Positions 30,098 through 38,258 of a stretch of DNA of 64,000 nucleotides are shown piece by piece (positions within the stretch are counted from its first letter, which is position 1; every line of letters begins with the position of its first letter). Both the position numbers and the translations under genes were made by a program. A model generated the notes under the pieces. The model did no database searches and was not told where the DNA came from. It saw only the letters and a program-made list of their open reading frames with translations. This DNA is from Longimicrobiales bacterium (GTDB lineage: Bacteria > Gemmatimonadota > Gemmatimonadetes > Longimicrobiales > Gaopeijiaceae): the NCBI GenBank assembly GCA_965219445.1, contig CBDCNQ010000004.1:128001-192000 (forward strand), in the 5' to 3' direction.

Positions 30098-31024
30098 TCA
30101 GAGCTCACCGATGGTTTCGCGTACCGCTCCGGCGCTGTTCGCCAGCGCTTCGGCCTCGCTCTCCGTGAGCTCCACCTCGATGATCTTCTGGAGCCCACCC
30201 TCGCCGAGCTGACACGGCACACCCAGGAAGATACCCTCGTATCCGTATTCGCCCTCCAGATACGCGGCGCAGGGGAGAATGCGCCGCTTGTCCCTGACGA
30301 TGGCCTCAGCCATCTGGACGGCCGCCGCCGACGGCGCGTAGTAGGCGCTCCCGGTCTTCAAGTGGGCAACGATCTCCGCGCCACCCTTTCGGGTGCGCTC
30401 GATCAGCGCTTCGATACGCTCGGGCCCGATGAATTGCGTGAGAGGGATGCCCGAGATCGTCGTGTAAGAGACGAGCGGGACCATCGTATCACCATGACCG
30501 CCGAGAACCAGCGCCTGGATGTCCTCGACGCTGACGCCGAGCTCCAGCGAGATAAAGGAACGGTAACGGGCCGTATCGAGAACGCCGGCCATGCCGATCA
30601 CCCGCTCCCGGGGGAAGCCCGTGGCCCGCATCGCCACGTAGGCCATCACGTCCAACGGATTGGACACCATGATGATGATGGAGTCGGGGGCCACCCGCGT
30701 GATCTCCTTCGAGACCGACTCCACGATGCCGGTATTCGTCTTGAGCAGATCGTCCCGGCTCATCCCGGGCTTCCTTGCGATCCCCGCCGTGACAATGAAG
30801 AGGTCGGAGTCCGCCGCATCTTCGTAGTCGTTTGCGCCGACTATAAGCGAGTCGAAGCCCTCGACGGGGGCACTCTCCCACTGATCGAGTCCCTTGCCCT
30901 GCGGAACACCTTCGACGATGTCGATCAGGACGACCTCTCGGGCGAGCTCCCTTTCCGCCAGACGCTGTGCGCAGCTCGCACCCACGTGACCAGCGCCCAC
31001 CACCGTAATTTTATTAGCGCTCAT
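30098..31024 (-). CDS. mdh: Malate dehydrogenase (LDH-like)
   Basis: GAGHVG, TAGIARKPGMSRDDL, VSNPLD, LDTAR, GGHGD. Confidence 0.96.
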   Translation of the reverse strand: MSANKITVVGAGHVGASCAQRLAERELAREVVLIDIVEGVPQGKGLDQWESAPVEGFDSLIVGANDYEDAADSDLFIVTAGIARKPGMSRDDLLKTNTGIVESVSKEITRVAPDSIIIMVSNPLDVMAYVAMRATGFPRERVIGMAGVLDTARYRSFISLELGVSVEDIQALVLGGHGDTMVPLVSYTTISGIPLTQFIGPERIEALIERTRKGGAEIVAHLKTGSAYYAPSAAAVQMAEAIVRDKRRILPCAAYLEGEYGYEGIFLGVPCQLGEGGLQKIIEVELTESEAEALANSAGAVRETIGEL

Positions 31025-31120
31025 ACGACCTTGCGTGAAGTGTGCTCGAATCGCTGGATGGGCCGGCGCGAACGGGAGCCGGGCCTGGTTAACGCGAGAA
31101 GGTACCGAAGCGGACCCGGC

Positions 31121-32101
31121 TCAACCACCCGTCTGAGAAAGAGCCACAAGCCCCCCGGAGCCCACTTCGCTTCCCTGGACCAGGAAGTGCCGCTCAGGCT
31201 TGATGCGGAGCGTCTCCTCGATGAGCGGGACGAGGTCGGCGCCCGCCCGGAGCGGGTCGCGAAGGTTGGTCTGGAGCGACCCGAACAGGCACGGGCGGAG
31301 TTGGCCATCCGCGGTCAGCCGCATGCGGTTACAGCGGTCGCAGTAGTTATGGCTCATCGGGGTAATCACCCCCACCGTGCCCGCCGCGCCAGGGAAACGG
31401 AAATACGTGGCAGGACCGTTTCCGGCGGGACCGGCAACCGGTTCTATGCTCCCCATGCGGCGGATCCTAGCCAGCGCGTCTTGGCAGGACACGAAGTTGT
31501 CCGCACTCAGCTGCAAGTTGGATCCCGTCGGCATGAGTTCGATGAAGCGAACATGCCACGGCCGTTCCCGCGTGATGTGTGCGAAATCCTCGATCTCGTC
31601 ATCGTTCTGGCCGCCGATGAGGACCACGTTGATCTTGATAGGATCGAACCCCACGGCCTCCGCCGCCTCCAGACCCTTCATGATGCCGCCGTAGGACCCG
31701 GGTCGTCGGGCGATGGCATCCACACGACTCTCCTGAAGGGAGTCGAGCGACACGTTGACCCGGCTGATTCCGGCATCGCGGAGCTCCTGGGCCTGATCAC
31801 CCAACAGCACCGCGTTCGTGGACAGCGAGATATCATCGATACCGGGGATCTCGGCCACCATGCGAACCAGGTCGGGCAAATTCTTTCGAATCAGGGGCTC
31901 GCCCCCGCTGATTCGCACCCTCTTGAGACCCATTCCCGCCATGGTGCGCAGTACGGACGCGATTTCCTCATAGCTGAGGAGGCTCTCACGCTTGAGCCAC
32001 TCCAGGCCTTCGAGGGGCATGCAATAGACGCACCGTAGGTTGCACTTGTCCGTGACGGAGACACGAACGTACTCCACGCGGCGGCCGAACTGATCGATCA
32101 T
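31121..32101 (-). CDS. moaA: GTP 3',8-cyclase
   Basis: SVTDKCNLRCVYCMP radical-SAM motif, CDRCNRMRLTADG, C-terminal GG; ATG 32101 overlaps the moaE stop. Confidence 0.96.
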   Translation of the reverse strand: MIDQFGRRVEYVRVSVTDKCNLRCVYCMPLEGLEWLKRESLLSYEEIASVLRTMAGMGLKRVRISGGEPLIRKNLPDLVRMVAEIPGIDDISLSTNAVLLGDQAQELRDAGISRVNVSLDSLQESRVDAIARRPGSYGGIMKGLEAAEAVGFDPIKINVVLIGGQNDDEIEDFAHITRERPWHVRFIELMPTGSNLQLSADNFVSCQDALARIRRMGSIEPVAGPAGNGPATYFRFPGAAGTVGVITPMSHNYCDRCNRMRLTADGQLRPCLFGSLQTNLRDPLRAGADLVPLIEETLRIKPERHFLVQGSEVGSGGLVALSQTGG

Positions 32102-32553
32102 GACCCCTCCGCCCTGGGCGCGGGAGCGGCATCGGGCGTCCGGCCCTCGACCCACTCCTCGGCACCGTCACTGTAGCGCTCCTTTTTCCAGACTGGAAGG
32201 CGCTTCTTGATCTCCTCGATGACGTAGCGTGATACGTCGTACGCCTCGGCCCGGTGAGGACTGGACACAGCGATCGCCACGCTGACCTCGCCCACCTTCA
32301 ACTCGCCGATCCGATGGACCGCGGCGACCCGATCCGTCCCCGCCGCTCGCGCGGCCTCGTCGACGATCTCAGAGAGCACCTGCGCAGCCATCTCCTCATA
32401 GGCATCGTACCGTACTCCACCCACCGAACGGCCGTCATTGTGATCTCGAACCACCCCCAGGAAGAGGAGGCTCGCCCCGTCTTGGTCATCGCCGATCAAG
32501 CTCAGGACATGAGCCGGGTCGATCGGCTCCTGAACGATGGCAGCGACGTTCAC
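32098..32553 (-). CDS. moaE: Molybdopterin synthase catalytic subunit
   Basis: FLGVVRDHN, HRIGEL, SPHR, KKRLPVWKKE. Confidence 0.95.
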   Translation of the reverse strand: MNVAAIVQEPIDPAHVLSLIGDDQDGASLLFLGVVRDHNDGRSVGGVRYDAYEEMAAQVLSEIVDEAARAAGTDRVAAVHRIGELKVGEVSVAIAVSSPHRAEAYDVSRYVIEEIKKRLPVWKKERYSDGAEEWVEGRTPDAAPAPRAEGS

Positions 32554-32554
32554 G

Positions 32555-32800
32555 TCATCCCCCCGCGACCGGCGGAATCAACGCCACTTCGTCGCCGTCG
32601 CTCAGCAAGGACGTCGAGTCCGAATAGTTCATGTTGACGGCTACCGCGGGGGAGGCGGGAAGGACCGTAAAAGCGCCTCCACGGGAGCGGAGCGCCGAAA
32701 CGAGATCCGAGACAGTCGCTCCCTGGGGAAGAACGAGCTGGAGCTCGCCAGTGCCGAGGAGCTCCTTATAAGACGCGAAGAACAGGGTGCGGATTTCCAC
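32555..32800 (-). CDS. moaD: Molybdopterin synthase sulfur carrier
   Basis: LFFA start, AVN..Y, C-terminal DEVALIPPVAGG. Confidence 0.95.
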   Translation of the reverse strand: MEIRTLFFASYKELLGTGELQLVLPQGATVSDLVSALRSRGGAFTVLPASPAVAVNMNYSDSTSLLSDGDEVALIPPVAGG

Positions 32801-32903
32801 GTGGTCGTACGTCCAAGCGACAGGAGCAGTTAAGAGGAACGCCTCAGGACATTAGAGGCACCCCACCACTCCCGTCAACGTCTCCTACATCGACCTTACG
32901 GCA

Positions 32904-33470
32904 TCACCGTCTGGGGCCTGGCAACCCTTGACGCCGGCCACCCGGTGGCCCGCGGCCCGGGCCTCCGCCGCCACGCAGGGTTCGGATCCTCTCGCCGAGC
33001 TGCTGGCGCATCACGATAAAACGTACGACCTGCCGCGCACTCAGGATCTGGAGAAACGCCTCCTGTTCCTCTCGGAAGAGGGTCGCTTCATCACCGCTGA
33101 GCTCGAGCATCTCCTCGAGAACATCGGAAGCCTCCTCCTCGGTGAGCTCCCGTGCCCCGCCTGCGCCCAAGCCCACGATCCTGGCCCGTGTACTGCGCTC
33201 TCTTTGCGAGAACTCCATTCGCCGTTGGCGGAAATCCTCTACCACCTCTTGGAGCTGCTGGACCTGATCATCGCCGAGCTCCAGTTCTTCCCGGACCAGA
33301 TTGTCAAAACGGGCTTGAATTCTCCGCTCCATCTGCGCGCGCCGGCCACCGCCGCCGGGACGCTGCGCGACGAGGCCCTCGGCCCCACTCGTCAGCAAGG
33401 CGGTCACCAAGAGACCCCCCGTCACCAAGAGGCTCGAGGCCTTTTTCATCGCTCGAGTTGGTCCGTTCAT
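32904..33470 (-). CDS. Periplasmic helical protein, Spy/CpxP-like, third gene of the ECF operon
   Basis: Signal peptide; LELGDDQ and ILSARQ (LTxxQ-like) motifs; Gly/Arg-rich tails. Confidence 0.7.
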   Translation of the reverse strand: MNGPTRAMKKASSLLVTGGLLVTALLTSGAEGLVAQRPGGGGRRAQMERRIQARFDNLVREELELGDDQVQQLQEVVEDFRQRRMEFSQRERSTRARIVGLGAGGARELTEEEASDVLEEMLELSGDEATLFREEQEAFLQILSARQVVRFIVMRQQLGERIRTLRGGGGPGRGPPGGRRQGLPGPRR

Positions 33471-33943
33471 CCTCCGAGCTCCTCCAGTAGCACTGCCAAA
33501 TCTTCGTCGGAGAGGCCGTCCAACATCGGTACACCAGCCACGTCCGCGTCATCGCTCGGCCAGACCACCGCGAAAGGATCCTCCCCGAGGGGCCCCACCT
33601 CGGGAAGCGCCTGCGTGCGTTGCCAAATCAGGGCCGTGCCCAGCGCCAAGACCACGGACGCAGCAGCAGCAAGCCGCCGGCCCGTGAAGAGCCCGGCCTC
33701 ATGGAACTCAACGCCGGCGCCCGAATCGATCTCCAACGCGACTGCAGACTTGATCTCGGAAGCGAGCGACGCGGGCGTGCTGAACGTGGCGGCCTGAATC
33801 CTTCGGAGCAGCTCGACTTCTCCGGAACACGACTCGCAAGACGAGATGTGGATGGAGACGACGGCGCGATCGCTCTCTTCGAGCTCGCCACGGACCCACT
33901 CCGGCAGGAGGTCCTTAACGTCTGCGCATTCGATTTTCGTCAT
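33467..33943 (-). CDS. Zinc-finger (zf-HC2) anti-sigma factor
   Basis: C..HISSCESC motif plus one TM helix; stop/start overlaps with both neighbours. Confidence 0.88.
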   Translation of the reverse strand: MTKIECADVKDLLPEWVRGELEESDRAVVSIHISSCESCSGEVELLRRIQAATFSTPASLASEIKSAVALEIDSGAGVEFHEAGLFTGRRLAAAASVVLALGTALIWQRTQALPEVGPLGEDPFAVVWPSDDADVAGVPMLDGLSDEDLAVLLEELGG

Positions 33944-34497
33944 GGCCCCAGCAACTCCCTCAACCGCTGTATCCCATGGTGATAATTCACCCGGGCCGAC
34001 CCCTCCGAAGAATCGATGGTCTCACCGATCTCTCGGAAGCTCAAGCCCTCGAAGATTCTCAAGCTCACTGACAATCTCTGTTTTTCGGGTAAGTCCGCCA
34101 GCGCCTCTCTGACCCGTGCGACCTCGGACCGTAGCGTGACCTCCACCGAAGGATCATTCCCCACGGCTGGAAGCATGTCCAGGTCCTCGACCCTGTCTTC
34201 CCTTCTCCGCATGAACTTGCGGAGGAGACCGCGCGCCTCGTTGCCGGCGATGGCCAGCAGCCACGTTCGAAACGCGGCCTCACCCCTGAAGCGTTCGATC
34301 GCCCCGAAGGCCTTGAGAAAACTGTTCTGGCTCGCATCTGCCGCTAGATCCTCGTCACTCAGGATCGCCGCACAGGTCCGAAACACCACACCATGATGGC
34401 GATCCACGAGAACGTTCATGGCCCGCTCGTCGCCTTTTCGGACTCGTTGAACCAGCTCCTCGTCCGTGGGCGACGCCAGGCGTGAATCCTCGACCAT
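33940..34497 (-). CDS. ECF RNA polymerase sigma factor
   Basis: FRGEAAFRTWLLAIAGN region 2; LPEKQR..EGLSFREI region 4. Confidence 0.94.
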   Translation of the reverse strand: MVEDSRLASPTDEELVQRVRKGDERAMNVLVDRHHGVVFRTCAAILSDEDLAADASQNSFLKAFGAIERFRGEAAFRTWLLAIAGNEARGLLRKFMRRREDRVEDLDMLPAVGNDPSVEVTLRSEVARVREALADLPEKQRLSVSLRIFEGLSFREIGETIDSSEGSARVNYHHGIQRLRELLGP

Positions 34498-34503
34498 CGT
34501 GAA

Positions 34504-34533
34504 TCAGACGTCCCTAGTCAGGAGAACGTTAAA
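34504..34533 (-). promoter_or_regulatory. Candidate autoregulated ECF promoter
   Basis: TTTAAC-17 bp-CGTCTGA ending 6 nt before the sigma ATG (AAC/CGTC ECF pattern). Confidence 0.55.
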
Positions 34534-34643
34534 CGGCCTGGTGAGGAAGTGGAGCGAGCCCCGTTAGGAGCGCAGACCCGCCAGATCTTAGGTAGGAGGT
34601 CCAGCGGACGAGCTGGTCCGGCTCTGGTCCCGATTGAAGCGAC

Positions 34644-34946
34644 CTATCCCGGGCCGCGCCCGTCGAGTTGGCCGACGCGGGTGCGCAGATGCTTCGAGGG
34701 CTTGAAGACCGGCGCGCTTCGTGACGGAACCTCAACGCCCTGGCCCGTACGTGGGTTCCGGGCCATGCGGCTCTTCCGCTTTCTCACCTTGAAGGTCCCG
34801 AATCCTCGGATCTCGATATTGTCACCGTTCGCGAGAGCGCGCTTGACCGCGTTCAGGAGACCGTCCACGACCAGTGCGCAGTCCTTTTTCGTAATTCCAG
34901 GACCTATGGCCTCTGCGACCTGTTCGACGAGGTCGGCCTTGGTCAT
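34644..34946 (-). CDS. HU/IHF family DNA-binding protein
   Basis: MTKADLVE, IEIRGFGTF, ARNPRTG, PVFKPSK. Confidence 0.95.
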   Translation of the reverse strand: MTKADLVEQVAEAIGPGITKKDCALVVDGLLNAVKRALANGDNIEIRGFGTFKVRKRKSRMARNPRTGQGVEVPSRSAPVFKPSKHLRTRVGQLDGRGPG

Positions 34947-35033
34947 GCAATTTCCTCCGAGATGCGGTGAGTAGCGCCGGCAGGGAAGCCAGAGTAACGG
35001 TGTCGTGCCCGGAACGTCAAGGGACGCTTGAAC

Positions 35034-36158
35034 CTACGAAGGCCGGGCTTCCATCAACCCGATGAATTGATCGAAGAGGTATACACTGTCGTGGGGTCCC
35101 GGCGCAGCCTCCGGATGGTACTGGACACAGAACACCGGGCGCTTTCGGTGGACCAAACCCTCCACCGTTCCGTCGTAGAGATTGAGGTGGGTCAAGCGGA
35201 GGTCCGGAGCCCCCGGGATCTCCTCCTTCTCATCCGCCAGGACCGCAAACCCGTGGTTCTGAGACGTGATCTCGACCGTGTTGCGATCGAGGTTGCGCAC
35301 AGGGTGATTCGCGCCATGGTGGCCGAACGGAAGCTTATAGGTCTGCGCCCCGAACGCCCGAGCGATCAGTTGGTGGCCCAGACAGATTCCGAAGACCGGA
35401 ACGCCTCGTTCGGACAAACCGAGGATTGCCTCTTCCGCCTTCTCCACCGCTGAGGGATCACCGGGGCCGTTCGACACGAAGAGCCCATCCAGCTCCTGCG
35501 AGAGAATTTGGTCGACCGGCGTCTCGGCCGGAATGACGGTGACCCGGCACCCACGCTCGGCCAAAAGGCGTGGCGAGTGGGCCTTGACCCCGAAGTCGTA
35601 CGCAACGACATGGAACCGCTCTTCGCCAACGGCAGGTACCTCATACGACGCCTCGGTGGAGACACCGCATGCCAAGTCGAGGCCCTCCATGGGCGGATGC
35701 GCGAGCACGCTCTGGAGCATGTCCGCTTCGTCTGCGCCGGCGGGGGCAATGGCGCCCCGCTTGGCTCCCTCCGATCGGATGTGGAGGGTGAGCGCCCTGG
35801 TATCGACACCCGTGATTCCAACCACGCCACACTCGAGGAGATAATCCTCCAGGGACCCAGTGGCCCTCCACGACGAGTGGCGGGGCGGGGCCTCACGCAC
35901 GACAAAGCCCGTGACTTCGGGACCCTCCGACTCACGATCCTCGTCGTTGACGCCGTAGTTGCCGATCAGGGGATACGTCATTACAACGTGTTGCCCCGCG
36001 TAGGACGGATCGGTGAGGATCTCCTGATACCCGGTCATGGACGTATTGAAGACGACCTCTCCCAGTGACGGCCCGGGAGCTCCGAAGCCGTAGCCGTCGA
36101 AGCGGCGGCCATCCTCCAGCAGAAGATACGCAGGATCCCGCTTGTGAATACGAGCCAC
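35034..36158 (-). CDS. carA: Carbamoyl-phosphate synthase small subunit
   Basis: GEVVFNTSMTGYQE, SNGPGDP, GICLGHQ, QYHPE. Confidence 0.97.
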   Translation of the reverse strand: MARIHKRDPAYLLLEDGRRFDGYGFGAPGPSLGEVVFNTSMTGYQEILTDPSYAGQHVVMTYPLIGNYGVNDEDRESEGPEVTGFVVREAPPRHSSWRATGSLEDYLLECGVVGITGVDTRALTLHIRSEGAKRGAIAPAGADEADMLQSVLAHPPMEGLDLACGVSTEASYEVPAVGEERFHVVAYDFGVKAHSPRLLAERGCRVTVIPAETPVDQILSQELDGLFVSNGPGDPSAVEKAEEAILGLSERGVPVFGICLGHQLIARAFGAQTYKLPFGHHGANHPVRNLDRNTVEITSQNHGFAVLADEKEEIPGAPDLRLTHLNLYDGTVEGLVHRKRPVFCVQYHPEAAPGPHDSVYLFDQFIGLMEARPS

Positions 36159-36309
36159 AGTCAGAAGGCTGTTGAAGGAACAGAAGATCCGCTTTTTGGA
36201 GCCAGTACGAATCGGCTTCGGCCGGCGGAATCTAGAATCGAGAGGAATCGAGTCAAGCGAGCGAGGGGGTGGCTCGCGGACTTCTGCGACACTCCGCTAC
36301 ATTCCCCGA

Positions 36310-36882
36310 ATGACAGAAACGCTCGAGGTGGCCATCTTCGCGGACGAATCTTGTCTAGGGAACCAGTTCCAAGGACAGGCCAACCCCGGTGGCGCAGCCG
36401 GAATGCTGGAGTACTGGACCGGGGACCGGTGGGTACGTCGAGATTATTGGATATCGGAGCCGGACACGACCAACAACCGCATGGCCCTTCGTAGTGCTAT
36501 CGTGGGACTGGGGCTGCTCCGCAAGGGCCCCTGTGACGTTCGGTTCGTGTCGGACAGCCAGTACCTGGTCAAGGGCATGAAAGAATGGGTCGAAAGATGG
36601 AAGGCTCGAGACTGGACACGGAAGGGCGGCAAAATCGAGAACCTGGAGCTCTGGAAGGAGTTGGATCGGGCGAGGGATAGGCATCACGTCGAATGGACCT
36701 GGGTGCGAGGCCACGCGGAGCATCCCCAGAACGAATACGTTGATCACCTCGCCACGAGAGCCGCAAAGGATGGTACCTCCTCCGACGGACTGATCGAGAG
36801 CGGGTTCAGCGCTTGGCTGGAAGAACAGCGAAATCGGCGCGGCCGGTACGGCGATTTTGGGGAGCTCGCACCACCAGGCTAA
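36310..36882 (+). CDS. rnhA: Ribonuclease HI with atypical active-site pattern
   Basis: FADESCLGN, TTNNRM, SDSQY, ENLELW, WVRGH, NEYVD; ATG 36310. Confidence 0.92.
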   Translation: MTETLEVAIFADESCLGNQFQGQANPGGAAGMLEYWTGDRWVRRDYWISEPDTTNNRMALRSAIVGLGLLRKGPCDVRFVSDSQYLVKGMKEWVERWKARDWTRKGGKIENLELWKELDRARDRHHVEWTWVRGHAEHPQNEYVDHLATRAAKDGTSSDGLIESGFSAWLEEQRNRRGRYGDFGELAPPG

Positions 36883-36898
36883 TCTCGGGAGCCTAGGT

Positions 36899-36941
36899 AA
36901 AAAAAGAAGCCCCCGACACGGCAAGCCGCCTCGAGGGCTTC
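36899..36941 (-). terminator. Intrinsic terminator for a minus-strand transcript
   Basis: GAAGCCC...GGGCTTC stem followed by T7 on the minus strand. Confidence 0.8.
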
Positions 36942-37246
36942 AGTTTCGTTGGTAGAAGCTTCGTCGTGCCTGGACGCCCACCTGACCTCCGGTTTACCTC
37001 GCGGCTCACCTTCCTTCAGGTAGCTAACTCAGCCTCCCTTTTAACCCGATCTCGCGTGATAGCGATCCTGAGTCCTCCGAGCTCCGGAGGGTACGACGGA
37101 GACCAACGACTCTTCCATCGGCTCACCGAGTTCCAATTCCTCGGCAAGCTTCCACCGCTGCGACGTCTCGCCCGGTAGATCACGTTTCGCGAATCGACCG
37201 AAGGGATGACCAACGCCATCGAATCAGCGAACCACATCGGAAACGC
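36899..37246 (-). ncRNA. Candidate structured non-coding RNA (~350 nt), family unrecognised
   Basis: Bounded by a sigma-70-like promoter and an intrinsic terminator; at least six stems visible, several with G-U pairs on this strand; no credible ORF. Confidence 0.6.
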
Positions 37247-37252
37247 ACCACC

Positions 37253-37281
37253 AGTATGGTGAGCCCGAGGACACCCGTCAA
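37253..37281 (-). promoter_or_regulatory. Sigma-70-like promoter for the candidate ncRNA
   Basis: TTGACG-17 bp-CATACT with a long AT-rich tract immediately upstream. Confidence 0.6.
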
Positions 37282-37532
37282 GCTTAGAAATCAGAAATCA
37301 ATTCGTTTATTTGATTACGATGTATATCATTACAATATATAATGTTATACAATTTTATTAAAGTATTTTCTATGTCTTGTCATATCTTCAGAAACAGATT
37401 GTTTCGAGGGGGATGTGCGAGGAAAAACACGGACTCCCGGGTGGAGCATTTTGGAAAAAATCGGGAGACTGGAGACACCGACCGCGCCCTGATGGGGTGT
37501 CTATTTGTTGGCCCGCCAACATGGATCAGGGG

Positions 37533-38240
37533 TCAGAAAACGGGTTTCGGCCGTCGGGGAACGACAGGCTCGGGCTTCGGCCCGCCGGAGATGGAGCGGC
37601 CGAAGATTTCCGAGAAGGCCTCAGAAACGATCCCCAGGATGTCGCTGACATCAACCGGCCTCCCCAGCTCCTGGCTAACAGACGTTACCGACACATTCTG
37701 GATGCCACATGGGACGATCGTATCAAAATAGGAGAGATCGTTCGACACGTTCAGCGCGAATCCGTGAGACGAGATCCAACCACTCGATACTCGCACCCCG
37801 ATGGCGGCGATCTTTCGACCGTCCACCCACACGCCCGTGAGATCAGGGACGGGCTCCCCTCGTATGCCGATCTGGTCGAGTGTGTGTACCAGCACCGCCT
37901 CTAGGTCTCGCAAATACCGGTGAACGTCCTTCCGGCCCGGCTTCAGATCGAGGATCGGATACGCCACGAGTTGTCCGGGTCCATGGTAGGTGACGTCGCC
38001 CCCCCGCCCTACGTCGAAGAGATCGATTCCGAGGTCCCGGCGGCTCGATTCGTCGGCGAGAACGTGTGAGCGCGAGGATGCTGTGCCCAGGGTGATGACG
38101 TGGGGATGTTGGAGGAGTAACAGCTGATCCGGTATATCGCCGGTTCGCCGGCGCACGACCAGGTCCGATTGTAGGGCCAGCGCCTCTGAATACGGAATCA
38201 AACCCAGATCCCGTACCTCTAGCGCTGTCGCGTCATTCAT
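37533..38240 (-). CDS. lipB: Lipoyl(octanoyl) transferase
   Basis: HPHVITLG, RGGDVTYHGPGQLVAYP, KIAAIG, HGFALN, PCG. Confidence 0.96.
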   Translation of the reverse strand: MNDATALEVRDLGLIPYSEALALQSDLVVRRRTGDIPDQLLLLQHPHVITLGTASSRSHVLADESSRRDLGIDLFDVGRGGDVTYHGPGQLVAYPILDLKPGRKDVHRYLRDLEAVLVHTLDQIGIRGEPVPDLTGVWVDGRKIAAIGVRVSSGWISSHGFALNVSNDLSYFDTIVPCGIQNVSVTSVSQELGRPVDVSDILGIVSEAFSEIFGRSISGGPKPEPVVPRRPKPVF

Positions 38241-38258
38241 GCGCCACGGGCCGGTATT

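Noticed and set aside
37016..37237. 73-aa ORF inside the candidate ncRNA
   Set aside because: No RBS or recognisable motif, and the region is better explained by RNA stems; it cannot be fully excluded.
36899..37246. tmRNA, RNase P, SRP, 6S or cobalamin riboswitch identity
   Set aside because: No tRNA-like ends, no GAGGAAAGUCC, no SRP domain IV motif, and not a single rod. GGTTAAAAGGGA is not followed by the rest of the B12 element, and no downstream gene exists on that strand.
37284..37400. Replication origin
   Set aside because: AT-rich, but no TTATCCACA-type DnaA boxes were seen and no dnaA/dnaN lie nearby.
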